A stretch of DNA of 64,000 nucleotides, from contig OZ249440.1 in the NCBI GenBank assembly GCA_965235115.1, forward strand, positions 35,280,001 through 35,344,000, in the 5' to 3' direction. The position numbers and the translations under genes are program-made. Every line of letters begins with the position of its first letter. The stretch's first letter is position 1. Source of the stretch: Laetmonice hystrix. Its lineage: Eukaryota. The notes below the pieces were generated by a model. That model did no database searches and was not told where the DNA came from. It saw only the letters and a program-made list of their open reading frames with translations. This document shows positions 1 to 11,599 of the stretch, in pieces.

Positions 1-425
1 GGACAAAATGTAACGTCCATCACCTAACATCCGTCACACAGAATTTTGAACAATTTTATATTTGCCCGCTAAGAGACTCTCATTTGGAGATATATTTTAA
101 TTTGTATTTTAGCAGGACTAGTCACCCTATAATCCCGGAGGAAACATTCATTTGTATCATTGCTGAGTTCAGAGAATTTTGTAATAAATTTGGGCCTACT
201 TTTTTCCATGTCTTTTTCCAGTAACGTCCGTCACGCTCATAATTTCGGTTCATGTGAAAGACGCAGACATCACTGGATGTCTTTTCTTCCCCCATTAAAC
301 AGCCTCAGACCTAAGTTAGTACCACACATAAGGTTAGGTTCCTTGGGGTACAACTTGAGCTGTGAGAGTAGTTGGAAAGGCTCAAAGTCCCTCTGAATGT
401 AACGTCCGTCACGGTGGAATTGCCC
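1..425. mobile_element. One end of a DNA transposon (Sola2-like terminus with subterminal repeats), partial
   Basis: Ends ...GTGGAATTGCCC at 425 (GGG-type terminus on the minus strand). The motif GTAACGTCC(G/A)TCAC occurs three times (~10, ~222, ~399). The other end is not in the window. Confidence 0.4.
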
Positions 426-681
426 GGACTGAAGATCGCTGTCAACAAGCTTCAGCCTCCGTCCACTGCGGTTAAATGGTTGGGTATTAATATAGATACC
501 AGAAACAATCTACTGACGATTCCAGAACCTAAACTACAACAAATACAGTACTCTTTGGCTCAATCATCACTAAAGAAAACTGTTACCGTTAAACAGTTAC
601 AGAGAATAGTCGGCCTGGTCAACCATCTGGCAAAAGTCGTCCTGCCAGCTCGGCTTTATATCGGGAGACTATTGGCTTGTT

Positions 682-1204
682 ATGTTCTGTGGCTTTGTCC
701 GGCAGAGCAACATAGCCCCAAAGTCTGTAGCTGCCTTTGATGCTACCCGCCACCTGACACGAGGTGATATTGAGGTCTCATGGCCTGTTGCTCTCATTAA
801 AGTGGTCGAAGACGATGCAAACATCAGCTACTCCGACCACGGTATATCTGGAGGCGATTCCTGGCTCGCCCCTCTGCCCGCTCAAAGCATACAATGACCT
901 GCTACAGGTATCGCCGACCCGGGCCATGGACCAGCCGCTGCTGCAGTATCAGGACGGGAATACCATGACCGCCCCCTTCATTGCTCGCCAATGGGCAGAC
1001 CTGTTGACGAGGGTGGGACAAGATCCCGCACACATCTCCCTCCACAGCCTACGCCGTGGGGGTGCGTCCTACGCCTTCCATGACAGGGCCAACATACAGG
1101 ACGTAATGAGCCATGGCACCTGGAGGACGGAGGCAGTCAGGAACTATATCCGCCCAGATGTAATGCACCGGACGTCCGTCCACAAACCCCTTCAAAATTT
1201 ATAA
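682..1204 (+). pseudogene. Tyrosine recombinase (YR) C-terminal part, frameshifted near 770
   Basis: Catalytic R, HxxR (HSLRRGG), H/W and Y (RNYI) motifs are spread across ORFs 682..897 and 764..1204. Confidence 0.8.
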
Positions 1205-1217
1205 TACCTACGGTTTA

Positions 1218-1764
1218 GCCTCCTACCTTTTACTTAGGTTCTTAACAAGTTTTGTACATGTTCCATTTTTAAGTGTACATACGCCTGGCGCGGTTCCGTG
1301 CGCCCTGTGTCATTTTACCCCCACAATAAACTATTTTATCATAGTCTGGCCTTTAATTTTGTAATGGGGCCTGCAATTGCATGATGTTATGTAATCGCGG
1401 GACATTACAAACGGCCAAAAGCAGACACTATCACGTGACAAGGTCACGTGTGGCCGGAGCGCCAGCATATGGACACCGGCCACTAACTGTTTCAACACTT
1501 GCACCGAAGGCATCAGACAGCCCAAAAAAGACCCACCCACCACAACCCTTAATCTATTTATTTATCTGATTATTATGGACTAATACATTTTACTTAGGTT
1601 CTTAACAAGTTTTTACGGCCTCCTACCTTTTACTTAGGTTCTTAACAAGTTTTTTACATGTTCCATTTTTAAGTGTACATACGCCTGGCGCGGTTCCGCA
1701 CGCCGTGTCATTTTACCTCCACAATAAACTATTTTATCATAGTCTGGCCTTTAATTTTGTAATG
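1218..1764 (+). repeat. Split direct repeats (B1 1218-1366, intervening segment 1367-1580, B2 1618-1764)
   Basis: Two near-identical ~148-bp copies GCCTCCTACC...TTTTGTAATG lie directly after the YR stop. Confidence 0.85.
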
Positions 1765-4497
1765 TGACGCAAACACTTTAATAAGAAGTACTGAAAAACC
1801 GCTATTTGGGGGTAGAGGAAACGAAGCTAGCAATATCTTCGCACCTTCTGGGTTTACAGCAGCATACTACCACTCAAAATGTTGGTATTGAACCCTTCTT
1901 TCAAATGAGGTATAGTATATGCAAATTTAGCTATCATACAGGTCACTAGAGGTCAAAAGGTCACAAAATCGTTACCTTGCCTAAAATCTAGGAAGGGTCA
2001 TTGTACGGCAGTTTGTTGATTGGAAATGGACTAAACGAGACATTTAACACTTGCAATTCATTCAGGGGAGTTGCCTTAAAGATTGTAACCCCTATATCTG
2101 GCAGTTAAGTTTTATTACTAAGGAGCTACCAGTATTGAAAATACTGTTTCAACAAGGAATAACAACAGTGTATCAACATGCGGTAGGGAAAATTCAAATG
2201 ACTGCACCTCAGTGACCCTTGATGCTATGACAATGTAATACCCCTCCAAATAACAGTCTTGAATTGCTCTTTCAGATGATTGCTGCATATAACAACAGTT
2301 ACTGAAGGTCCCATGCAGTGCTGACATCTATCATACAAGTCACATTAGAAACAAAAGAGGATTGTAAAACATTGACTTCTTACACTCTCAATTCCAGCCT
2401 TATGGGGTGGCACCACAACTGATGGCAAGGGCAAGAGGATTGAAGAGTTCATTGATAATCATGCTCTATGCATTTTTAATGATGGTTCAAACACATACTT
2501 ACATCCCGGTCATGGCACTTATACAGCCATTGACCTTGCAATAGCTGAACCAGATCTGCTGCTGGATTTCTCCTGGAGGGTCTGGGACGACCTTTGCGGG
2601 AGTGACCACTTTCCCACCATACTTGCATATGAAGGGCCTGACATGGGGGAGAAACAACAAAGGTGGCAACTTAAAAAGGCCGACTGGCACTCCTTCCAGA
2701 CCCTCTGCCGGGAGGAATTCAGAGCAGACAACATTAACGATCCTGATGCAATGGAGCTTTTTACCTCACTTTTGATCTCCATTGCAGACAAGACAATTCC
2801 TAAAACCTCGACAACTCCTAAACATGTCTCAAATCCATGGTTTGATGATGAATGCAAGCAAGCAATTAAAGACCGGAAAAAGGCAGAACGCCTTTTCAAC
2901 AGGCATCCAACTGCAGTAAACCTTACTAATTATAAAATCATGAGAGCAAGGGCAGGCCGTATCTGTAAAGAGAGACGGAGGCAGAGCTGGAGTGACTACG
3001 TCTCCAGCCTGACCTCTCGTACTCCCATCAAAAAAGTGTGGAACATGATATGGAAACTTAAAGGCAAGGGAGGTGGTACTGGAGTCCAACACTTAAAACA
3101 TCAAGACACCTTACTAACCACCACAGATGCAATAGCAAACAAACTGGCTGATACCTTTCAAACAAACTCCTCCTCCAGGAACTGCCTCCCTTAATTCCAA
3201 GCCATTCGTGCTCGGAAAGAGAAGCAAAAACTCAACTTCCACTCTGACAACAGAGAAGAGTACAACCAACTCTTCTCTCTTGAAGAACTCAAATGCTCTC
3301 TTAAAAAATCACACGACACTGCAGTTGGACCTGACAAAAAACATTACCAATTCTTAAAACATCTACCTGATACCACCCTTCTAATCCTTCTTCACATTTT
3401 CAACAATATTTGGACAACTGGTAATATACCCCTTTCCTGGCAAGAGGCAATAATTATCCCCATCCCAAAACCAGGAAAAGACCATAGTGAAGCTAACAAT
3501 TACAGACCAATAGCCTTAACAAGTTGCTTGTGTAAAACCATGGAGAGAATGATTAATGATCGCCTCGTCTGGAAGCTGGAGTCTGAGCAACTCATCACTG
3601 AGTTTCAGTGTGGCTTCCGACGAGGAAGAAGTACTCTCGATCATCTTATCAGACTCGAGACATACATCCGTGATGCTTTTATCAACCGTGAACATGTTGT
3701 TGCCGTCTTTTTCGATCTTGAAAAAGCATATGACACAACATGGAAGTACGGCATTTTAAAGGATTTGCATGATATGGGTTTTAGGGGGCGTTTGCCCATT
3801 TTCATATCTCGGTTTTTATCGAACAGACACTTTCAAGTCAGAGTAGGCACTACCCTCTCTGACTTCCATGACCAAGAATTAGGTGTGCCTCAGGGAAGCA
3901 TTTTGTCTGTTACCCTTTTTAGTCTTAAGATCAACAGCATTGTTAACTCGGTTAAAACTGGCATGCCCTGCAGCCTGTTCGTTGATGACTTTAACGTCTG
4001 CTGCAGAGGCAAAAACATGAATGCCATTGAAAGAACTCCAACTCTGTCTTAATAGAATCCATACTTGGTCGGTGGAAATCTAAAATCTAAAACGGTCTGC
4101 ATGCACTTTTGCAAGCTGCGTGCTTTCCATCTTGACCCCGAGTTGACAATGGATGGAGATCCTGTCAAAGTTGTTAAAGAGACAAAGTTTCTGGGACTCA
4201 CTTTTAACAGCAAGTTGTCTTTTATCCCCCACATTAAATCACTCAAATCCAGATGCCTTAAGGCTCTGGATGTTCTCAAGGTTTTATCTGGCACAAACTG
4301 GGGGGCAGACAGTACAGTCCTTTTACAAGTGTACAGAGCTTTAATCCGGTCGAAGCAAGATTACGGCAGCATAGTTTATGGTTCTGCTTGTAAGTCTTAC
4401 ATTCGGCTTTTGGACACGGTTCACCACCAGGGTTTGCGGCTTTCACTTGGGGCTTTTAGAACGTCTCCTGTTCAGAGCCTCTATGTGGAGGCCAGAG

Positions 4498-5718
4498 TGA
4501 GTGAGTGAGTAGTGGTGGTTTAGCGCCGTGTCGGCATCCGGGGCCATATTCACGGCGAAAACAGAGTTATAAGACCATCAAACCAAAGGTACCTATTTTA
4601 TCCCGGGTCCCAACGGGAACACCACCAAAACACATCTATAAAAGATTCAGAAGTCCAGCCTCTGGCAAGAACTCTAAAATCACTCCTGGTCTGATATTGC
4701 TAAAAAGAGCCTTAAGACTCGTCTCATTATAAAACCGTTGTCTGATGAGAGTAAAATCGCCACATTCGAGTAAAAGATGCTTCAGTGTCAAAGGACACTG
4801 ACAGCCATAACATTCTGGAGGTGGCTCCCCCTTCAATGGGTGGGTATGGGTGGGTATTTGGGGTTTTACGCCTTGCAACAGCCAGGGTCATATCACGGCG
4901 GTGAAGATGAGATGAAAGTCAGTTTTTCTTGGTGGAGGAAACCGGAGTACCCGGAGGAAACCACCGACCTTCGGGAAGGAACTGACTGACAAACGTTTCA
5001 CACATGCAGCCCAGGCCGGGAATCGAACCCGGGTCGCAGCGGTGTGAGGCGATGGTCCTAGGTGTCATGATGGAGCCGACACCTTAGACCACTCGGCCAC
5101 CCGAGGCCCCCGCTCCCCCTTCAATAAAAACACGTGTCAATCTAGAATGACCAACTCTGCATTGAGTAAAAACAATTTCATGCCTCCGTTGGGTTAGGCC
5201 ATGATGAAACCTTTGGTTTACGATGGGACTGATCTGATACAATTTATTGTTTGGTTGTTCATCCCATTCGGCCTGCCATCTGTTCTTAACGTAAGCCCAG
5301 ATGGTAGGTCTGAGATCAGAGGCTGGGATTGGGCACAGTTCGATGTCTGTTTCAAGAGCCCTTTTGGCAGCTCTGTCAGCTTGCTCATTGCCCGGGATGC
5401 CAACATGACCAGGCACCCAACAAAAGTGAATATCAAAGTTTGCACTGGCAAGAACTGCCAACTTGGACAAGATTTGGACGATCACTGGGTGATCTGTGTT
5501 CAAGTTAGCGAGTGCTTGCAGACAGGATAAGGAATCCGAGAAAATGAGGAAGTCCTTTTCATTAGAAACTTCAATATTTTGAAGGGCAAGAAGCAGGGCC
5601 CGGGCCTCTGCTGAGAAGATGGAACTTTGCCCTGAGATGCGGGTGCCAAAGTTGTGCTTGCCATGAACTGCTGCCGCAGACGCATCACTGCCATCCTTTG
5701 AGCCATCAGTATAGAAGG
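4498..5718 (-). mobile_element. Nimb-like LINE 3' fragment (RNase H, 3'UTR, (ACTC)n tail) inserted antisense into the same family
   Basis: The tail reads GAGTGAGTGAGT at ~4496-4510. RNase H and the C-terminal CxxC..HLLLEC are on the minus strand. Confidence 0.9.
4838..5111 (-). mobile_element. tRNA-derived SINE with V/MESC-type central core and LINE-like 3' tail
   Basis: Minus strand has A box TGGCCGAGTGG, B box GGTTCGATTCC, core GGTGGTTTCCTCCGGGTACTCCGGTTTCCTCC and tail (ATACCCACCC)2. A perfect 14-bp TSD GCTCCCCCTTCAAT lies at 4824-4837 and 5112-5125. Confidence 0.9.
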
Positions 5719-7358
5719 CCGTATGCAGTCAAGCTCAGGACAAACAGTTCAAATCCAGCTTACAATTGCGTCTTTCCCCCTCAGTTCCAACATTTATATG
5801 AAAGGAAGGAAACGTACATACGTCCTTTTGGACTGAGGGTGAGACCTCATCTAGAGGAACTGGATGTTGATCTGAACGTCCTGGGGCAGACACACTTTTG
5901 CAATATCCCTCCTTGGGACCTAGAAAAGCCTGATGTCATCCTTCAGTTGGCTCAACTGAAGAAGTCAGAGACTCATCCCCTGACATATTTTGACCATTTC
6001 CTTGACGTCCAGGCAAGGTATCCGTCTCATTATGCCTTCTATACTGATGGCTCAAAGGATGGCAGTGAAGTGTCTGCGGCAGCAGTTCATGGCAAGCACA
6101 ACGTCGGCACCCGCATCTCAGGGCAAAGTTCCATCTTCTCAGCAGAGGCCCGGGCCCTGCTTCTTGCCCTTCAAAATATTGACGTTTCTGGCAAAAAGGA
6201 CTTCCTCATTTTCTCGGATTCCTTATCCTGTCTGCAAGCACTTGCTAACTTGAACACAGATCACCCAGTGATCATTCAAATCTTGTCCAAGTTGGCATTG
6301 CTTGCCAATGCAAACTTTGATATTCACTTTGGCTGGGTGCCCGGCCATGTTGGCATCCCGGGCAATGAGCAAGCCGACAGAACTGCCAAGAGAGCGCTCG
6401 ATACAGACGTTGACCCATGTCCAATCCCAGCCTCTGACCTCAGACCTACCATCTGGGCTTATGTTAAAAACAAAGGGCAGGCCGAATGGGACGAACAACC
6501 AAACAATAAGTTGTATCAGATCAGTCCCATCGTAAACCAAAGGTATCATCATGGCCTAACCCAACGGAGGCATGAAATTGTTTTTACTCGATGCAGAGTT
6601 GGTCCTTCTAGATTAACTCATGTGTTTTTATTGAAGGGGGAGCCACCTCCAGAATGTTATGGCTGTCAGTGTCCTTTGACACTGAAGCATCTTTTACTCG
6701 AATGTGGTGATTTTACTCTCATCAGACAAAGGTTTTATAATGAGACGAGTCAGAGGGTCTCTCTTCATTTGAATATGGAGGGGGGATGTACCATTCTGCA
6801 TAATGTAATCTGTGGTCAAAAGTCAGTCCAGCCATCTGAGAGGACAAATCGGCTATTGTCCTCAATTGGCCAAGACATCTGCAGGGCGGCAACTAGGGGT
6901 CGGTGGAAATTTTGGCTAATCTCAATATGGTATTAAATGTGTTTTCGATAAAGATGGCAAGTTAATCTTGATATGAAAAATGATACGGACATCTGAATGC
7001 ACAACATGGCTGACCCTATGCAGGTCTAACAACAACGATTTAATTAACTCGGGCCTCATATTCTGTATTCTTCTTTCCAGCTTGGCTAAGTTTGAGGCGG
7101 ATCAGGCGTCAAGTGACATCACTAGTCCCAGCCCCACCCTGACGAGGATGCGTCCCTGTCCAATGTTTCCCACTGACGACCCCCATAGCTATACGTTCTA
7201 TACACCTCCGGCCAAGCCGTGGGTTCAGCTGTCTTATTACGACCACCAGTTTCCAGTGTACAGTGTTCATGGCGCAAGCCCTACAGGGGGCGCTGCAAAC
7301 CCTCCCGGCACTGCTGAACGATTGCAGCATCCCATAATGCCCGTCCGTGGAGACAGAA

Positions 7359-7492
7359 GTGAGTGAGTGAGTAGTGGTGGTTTTGCGCCGTGTCGGCATC
7401 CGGGGCCATCTTAACGGCGAAAACAGAGTTATAAGACCATACAACCAAAGGAATCTATTTTATCCCGGGTCCCAATGGGAACACCACCAAAA
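7359..7492 (-). mobile_element. Severely 5'-truncated Nimb-like LINE (3'UTR only)
   Basis: 3'UTR plus (ACTC)n tail, with a perfect 14-bp TSD CCGTGGAGACAGAA at 7345-7358 and 7493-7506. Confidence 0.9.
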
Positions 7493-7947
7493 CCGTGGAG
7501 ACAGAACCCGGCGTCAAGTGTCGCCTACCAATGACGTCAGCAGACGACTTAAACTCCGATTCGGATACATCGATACGCTGTATACCTAAAGAGATTGTGT
7601 TGTGCCAGGAAAAGTCAGAGGGATTGGGAGAAATCTTCTTGCATCATGCCTGGCCTAAGATAATCTTGAAATTGATCTATAAGCCTCTGTCTAGAATGGA
7701 GGAATTGATCATTTATAATTTAAAGCATTGGGCTGTCCCTTGCAATAGATCTATTCGTAAAACCAACGCCTTGATGATACATAAATTCGCACATTAAATG
7801 GTCCCTTTTTGTCGTTTACTTCTAATAATTCTTTGTGTGTGGAAACCGTGCACAATTTTATACTTTAGCGGTAAAAGGTATTAATAAAATCAACTTAACA
7901 TTTTTGTTATGTTTCCAGGGGCATTCCAGGGGCATGTTGCGTCCCAT

Positions 7948-8177
7948 GAGCGAGCGAGCGAGTAGTGGTGGTTTTGCGCCGTGTCGGCATCTGAGGCCAT
8001 CTTCACGGCAAAAACAGGGTTAAAAGACCATGAAATGAAAGGAACCTATTTTATCCCGGGCCCCAACGGGAATATCATTAAAACTCGCTCCATCCTGTCA
8101 GCCCGACAGGGCTATCGACGAGCCTGAACTATAAAAGAGTCAGAAGTCCAGCCTCTGACAAAAACTCTAAAATCACT
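7948..8177 (-). mobile_element. Nimb-like LINE 3' end fragment (long 3'UTR type)
   Basis: Reverse complement matches ~31533-31756. Confidence 0.85.
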
Positions 8178-8555
8178 GTATTTAGGATTTGGTAATATTA
8201 TACTACCAGTTATCAGCTGAGAGATGTTCTTAGTAGGAATTGTAATTAGTTTTTTTTTGCTTAGAGGGCCGTGTCAATGTGTACCCATTTTGGTGGAATT
8301 GTGACTTATAGTGATATTTAGTAGTCGTGATAAATCGGCCAATTATTCCCATATCTTGTCTCTGTTATCTTAGTTAGTCATACACACAACGAGCTCGGAT
8401 CAACCTACAGATAAAGTCACAGCAGACATAAATACCTTTAAGTTCAGCCTTGTAGTATAGGTATAGACTATAATAGTGTTCTTTTGAAATGTCTGAATAA
8501 CACAAGTGGAGTGATTCAGGTGTTAAAATGTCAAAAGATTTTTTAACAAGGTAAA

Positions 8556-8789
8556 GTGAGTGAGTGAGTAGTGGTGGTTTTGCCCCGTGTCGGCATCCGG
8601 GGCCATATTCATGGGTTAACACATGGGTTAATCTAGAATGACCAACTCTGCATCAAGTAAAAACAGTTTCATGCCTCCGTTGGGTATAATTGGGCAAATT
8701 TATTGTTTGGTTGTTCATCCCATTCGGCCTGCCATTTGTTCTTTACGTAAGCCCAGATGGTAGGTCTGAGGTCAGAGGCTGGGATTGGA
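8556..8789 (-). mobile_element. Nimb-like LINE 3' fragment with internal deletions
   Basis: The tail and terminal stem-loop are joined directly to RNase H-distal coding sequence. Confidence 0.8.
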
Positions 8790-9340
8790 GTTATGTCAAT
8801 TAGTATTCATTAGTATGCAAAACAAAGACAACCATGTTCACATATTGTATGTTACAGGCCAAAACCCAAGGGGAAGTGGACATCGACGCCGTGCGTCGAC
8901 ATATAAAGAGTGAGTGGTTTTGCGCCGTGTCGGCATCCGGGGCCATCTTCACGGCGAAAACAGAGTTATAAGACCATAAAACTAAAGGAACCTATTTTAT
9001 CCCGGGTCCCAACGGGAACACCACCAAAACACATCTATAAAAGAGTCAGAAGTCCAGCCTCTGACAAGAACTCTAAAATCATGCCTGGTCTGATATTGCT
9101 AAAAAGATCCTTAAGACTCATCCCATTATAAAACCTTTGTCTTATGAGAGTAAAATCACCACACTCAAATAACAGATGCTTCAGTGTCAAAGGACACTGA
9201 CAGCCATGACATTCTCGAGGTGGCTCCCCCTTTAATAAAAACACATGGGTTAATCTAGAATGACCAAAAACAATTTCATGCCTACGTTGGGTTATGCCGT
9301 GACGACACCTTTGGTTTACGATGGGACTGATCTGATACAA

Positions 9341-11599
9341 CACCGCACCAAATCATGTCCCTTACGGCGCAGCGTAATGTCACACTTCCCGCCCCCTTAC
9401 GCTGCTTTACGCTCAGCGTAAGGGACTTCCCTCCGCTCGCCGTAAAGTCAATTGTAACGCACTGATGCGCACCCTTACGTCGAGCGTAAGGGGCTTCACG
9501 CCGCTCACCGTAAGGTGATATATAACGCACTGATGCGCACACCTACGCTCGCCGTAAGGGGCTTCATTCCACTTAGCGTAAAGTCATATATGTAATGCAC
9601 AGATATGCACTTTTATGTCCAGCTTAAAGGATCTTTTTGTCATATAGCCTACACCATTATAACAGCTTACCAACAGTGCATTAGGGTTCTCTTTGGATTT
9701 ATAACAGCCGTATAATAAAGAAAATATATACTACTGTATGGCAAAGAAGACATGGATTTATGTCAGAAGTAGGCCTATACTTATATTAAAGTGTGTCTTT
9801 TAGCACATCGTAGTGCCCTACAATGTGCCATGGTGCTTATAGGTATAGACCCACATCTATATAGGTCAATTTTAGCCGTGGTCACTCAAGCCTGGCACGC
9901 TTTGGTCACCTAGAGGCAGTGAAGGAACCGTCACGCATCACCGGTATGACTGGTCAGGCCAACATGCCCAGCTTCTACCCTCTCGCGCGTTTGTCCTCCA
10001 TCCTCTGGTACACAAGCTAGTACGTACACCAGTATACGGTAGTGCTGAGTGTGGAAGGTTATTACCAGATAGTGGATAGATCACAGCCTCTCAACTTGCA
10101 ATCAATCTGCAGAACCGTTTTGTCCTGTAGATTATCCCTATTAATATTTCACATCATTAGTATAATATTATTTAGTTGACCGAGAGGTCAGTTAATTATT
10201 TAACCTTATACTGGACAACGAGATCAAAACACTCGTTCAGCAATAAAAGTTTCTTTTAGCCTCACTATATTATCTACATATATTTTAACCAACGTATGTG
10301 GAAGGGCGACATTAAATCTTATGGTACGGCTGTATTATTATCATGGATTGAGACAGATTTGGTTTGCTTATCTGAACCTTTACAGTATGTATAGACCTAG
10401 TACACAATTCATGTTGTGCATGTGAATGGGGCTTTAATGTGTAGCAAGGAGATATTGAGGTTTGACGGGCAGGTACTGTGATACTGCGACTTTTTAATCT
10501 GTCTCAGTCTGTGGTCTCAGTCCAGTGACTGACGACACCAACCTGAGTGATGTCGGAGACCAATGCCTGAGCGACATATACAAAACAGAGATGCAATATC
10601 GACGGTCACCACAATAGTTGGACCATTTCGACTGATGATGGATCTCGTCTCAAAGACAAAAGCACAAAACGAAGCAACATTAGAGGAGCCGTCAATCCAC
10701 TTTGGCCCACCAGGTCTTAACTCGGAAAAACAGCCTTTTACATTAATCATAGGAATATAATTATTTGGAGCCACCAGGAAATCATGTTGAAAATCTGTCC
10801 ACACACGACCATCATACACGTCTGCATAGCAGTCTGAACGGAACTGGCCAGCTTCTCCAATGTTAGCACTGATCCATCGTTTCTTTGTAGTAATATTTGC
10901 ACGATAGGCTGTCAGCAATATACATACACTTTTATGGGACAAAAGTTCTGAAGTCACCACTTCTTCCAATATCTCGGACCCACATGCTACACTCTTGCCT
11001 CTCTTGCTGATCATATTACTGCATTTTTTGCCTTCCTCTCTGCCTCCGAACTTTTAGAATTAGTTCATTGATAGTGTGAGATATATTTCCAAGCACTGTG
11101 GACATACAAAATGACCATGTCTATGCCGAAATACCTTCGAAGAAGGTATAAACTTCGCTATTTTTGCTAAAACACTTAAAATCATCAATAGGCTATAGTA
11201 TAGTATGACTTGCGTTCACTTGCACAACCGTGATAATCGAACTCTGTCAGGGTGACACCAATAGCATTTCGATGATCATTCAATAGTTCTAATCCAAATT
11301 GTATTTAATCTTATGCTTTAATATGTCATCATCAGAATGTAGTACGTATCATCATTCTCTTCACTGTCCATAATATCATATTTGTATTGTTCAGCCCATT
11401 TAGGGGCCAACCCCCTACATTAGGTAAACAGGTAGAGGTTTTGTTTGTCCAACAATCCCTGCTACATCTGCCCATTACACAGCTCAGTGTACTCAATATT
11501 CTCTCGGAGGGAAGTCCTTTACGCTGAGCGTAAGGCAGCGTAAGGGGGCGGGAAGTGTGACATTACGCTGCGCCGTAAGGGACATGATTTGGTGCGGTG
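9341..11599 (-). mobile_element. CACTA/EnSpm (CMC) DNA transposon, internally deleted
   Basis: ~94-bp TIRs CACCGCACCAAATCATGTCC... (9341-9434 and 11506-11599) with CAA duplicated on both sides. Subterminal CTTACG..CGTAAG palindromes. Transposase remnants FVCPQCLEIY and DVYDGRVW..F...FL..P.N are on the minus strand. Confidence 0.85.

Larger units (their letters stand above)
426..1764 (+). mobile_element. DIRS-group (Ngaro-like) tyrosine-recombinase retrotransposon, internally deleted 3' part
   Basis: RT C-terminal fragment (WLGINIDT...LQRIVGLVNHLAKVV...RLYIGRLL) is joined to a YR fragment (R.SNIAP; HSLRRGGAS; HGTWRTEAVRNYI). Split direct repeats follow at 1218-1366 and 1618-1764. Confidence 0.8.
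2398..6750 (+). mobile_element. Nimb-like (I-group) LINE, truncated and decayed ORF2 (APE-RT-RNase H), interrupted at 4498-5718
   Basis: SDHFP, NYRPIALTS, DLEKAYD, GVPQGS, FVDD, then YTDGSK, FSAEARA, FSDS and WVPGHVGIPGNE. Stops and frameshifts are present. The protein breaks at LYVEAR (4497) and resumes at YAVKL (5721). Confidence 0.9.

Noticed and set aside
5010..5111. tRNA gene
   Set aside because: A and B boxes are present but widely spaced, I could not fit a cloverleaf, and it is the head of a TSD-flanked SINE.
4498..6750. Twin-priming inversion of a single LINE insertion
   Set aside because: The inverted and forward parts overlap by hundreds of bases in LINE coordinates and differ in sequence, so they are two copies.
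5698..6936. 412-aa ORF as a stand-alone RNase H gene
   Set aside because: It is chimeric: it starts in the antisense LINE fragment, runs through LINE RNase H, and reads into unrelated sequence after ~6750.
6980..7366. 128-aa ORF
   Set aside because: No recognisable domain, and it ends inside a LINE tail insertion.
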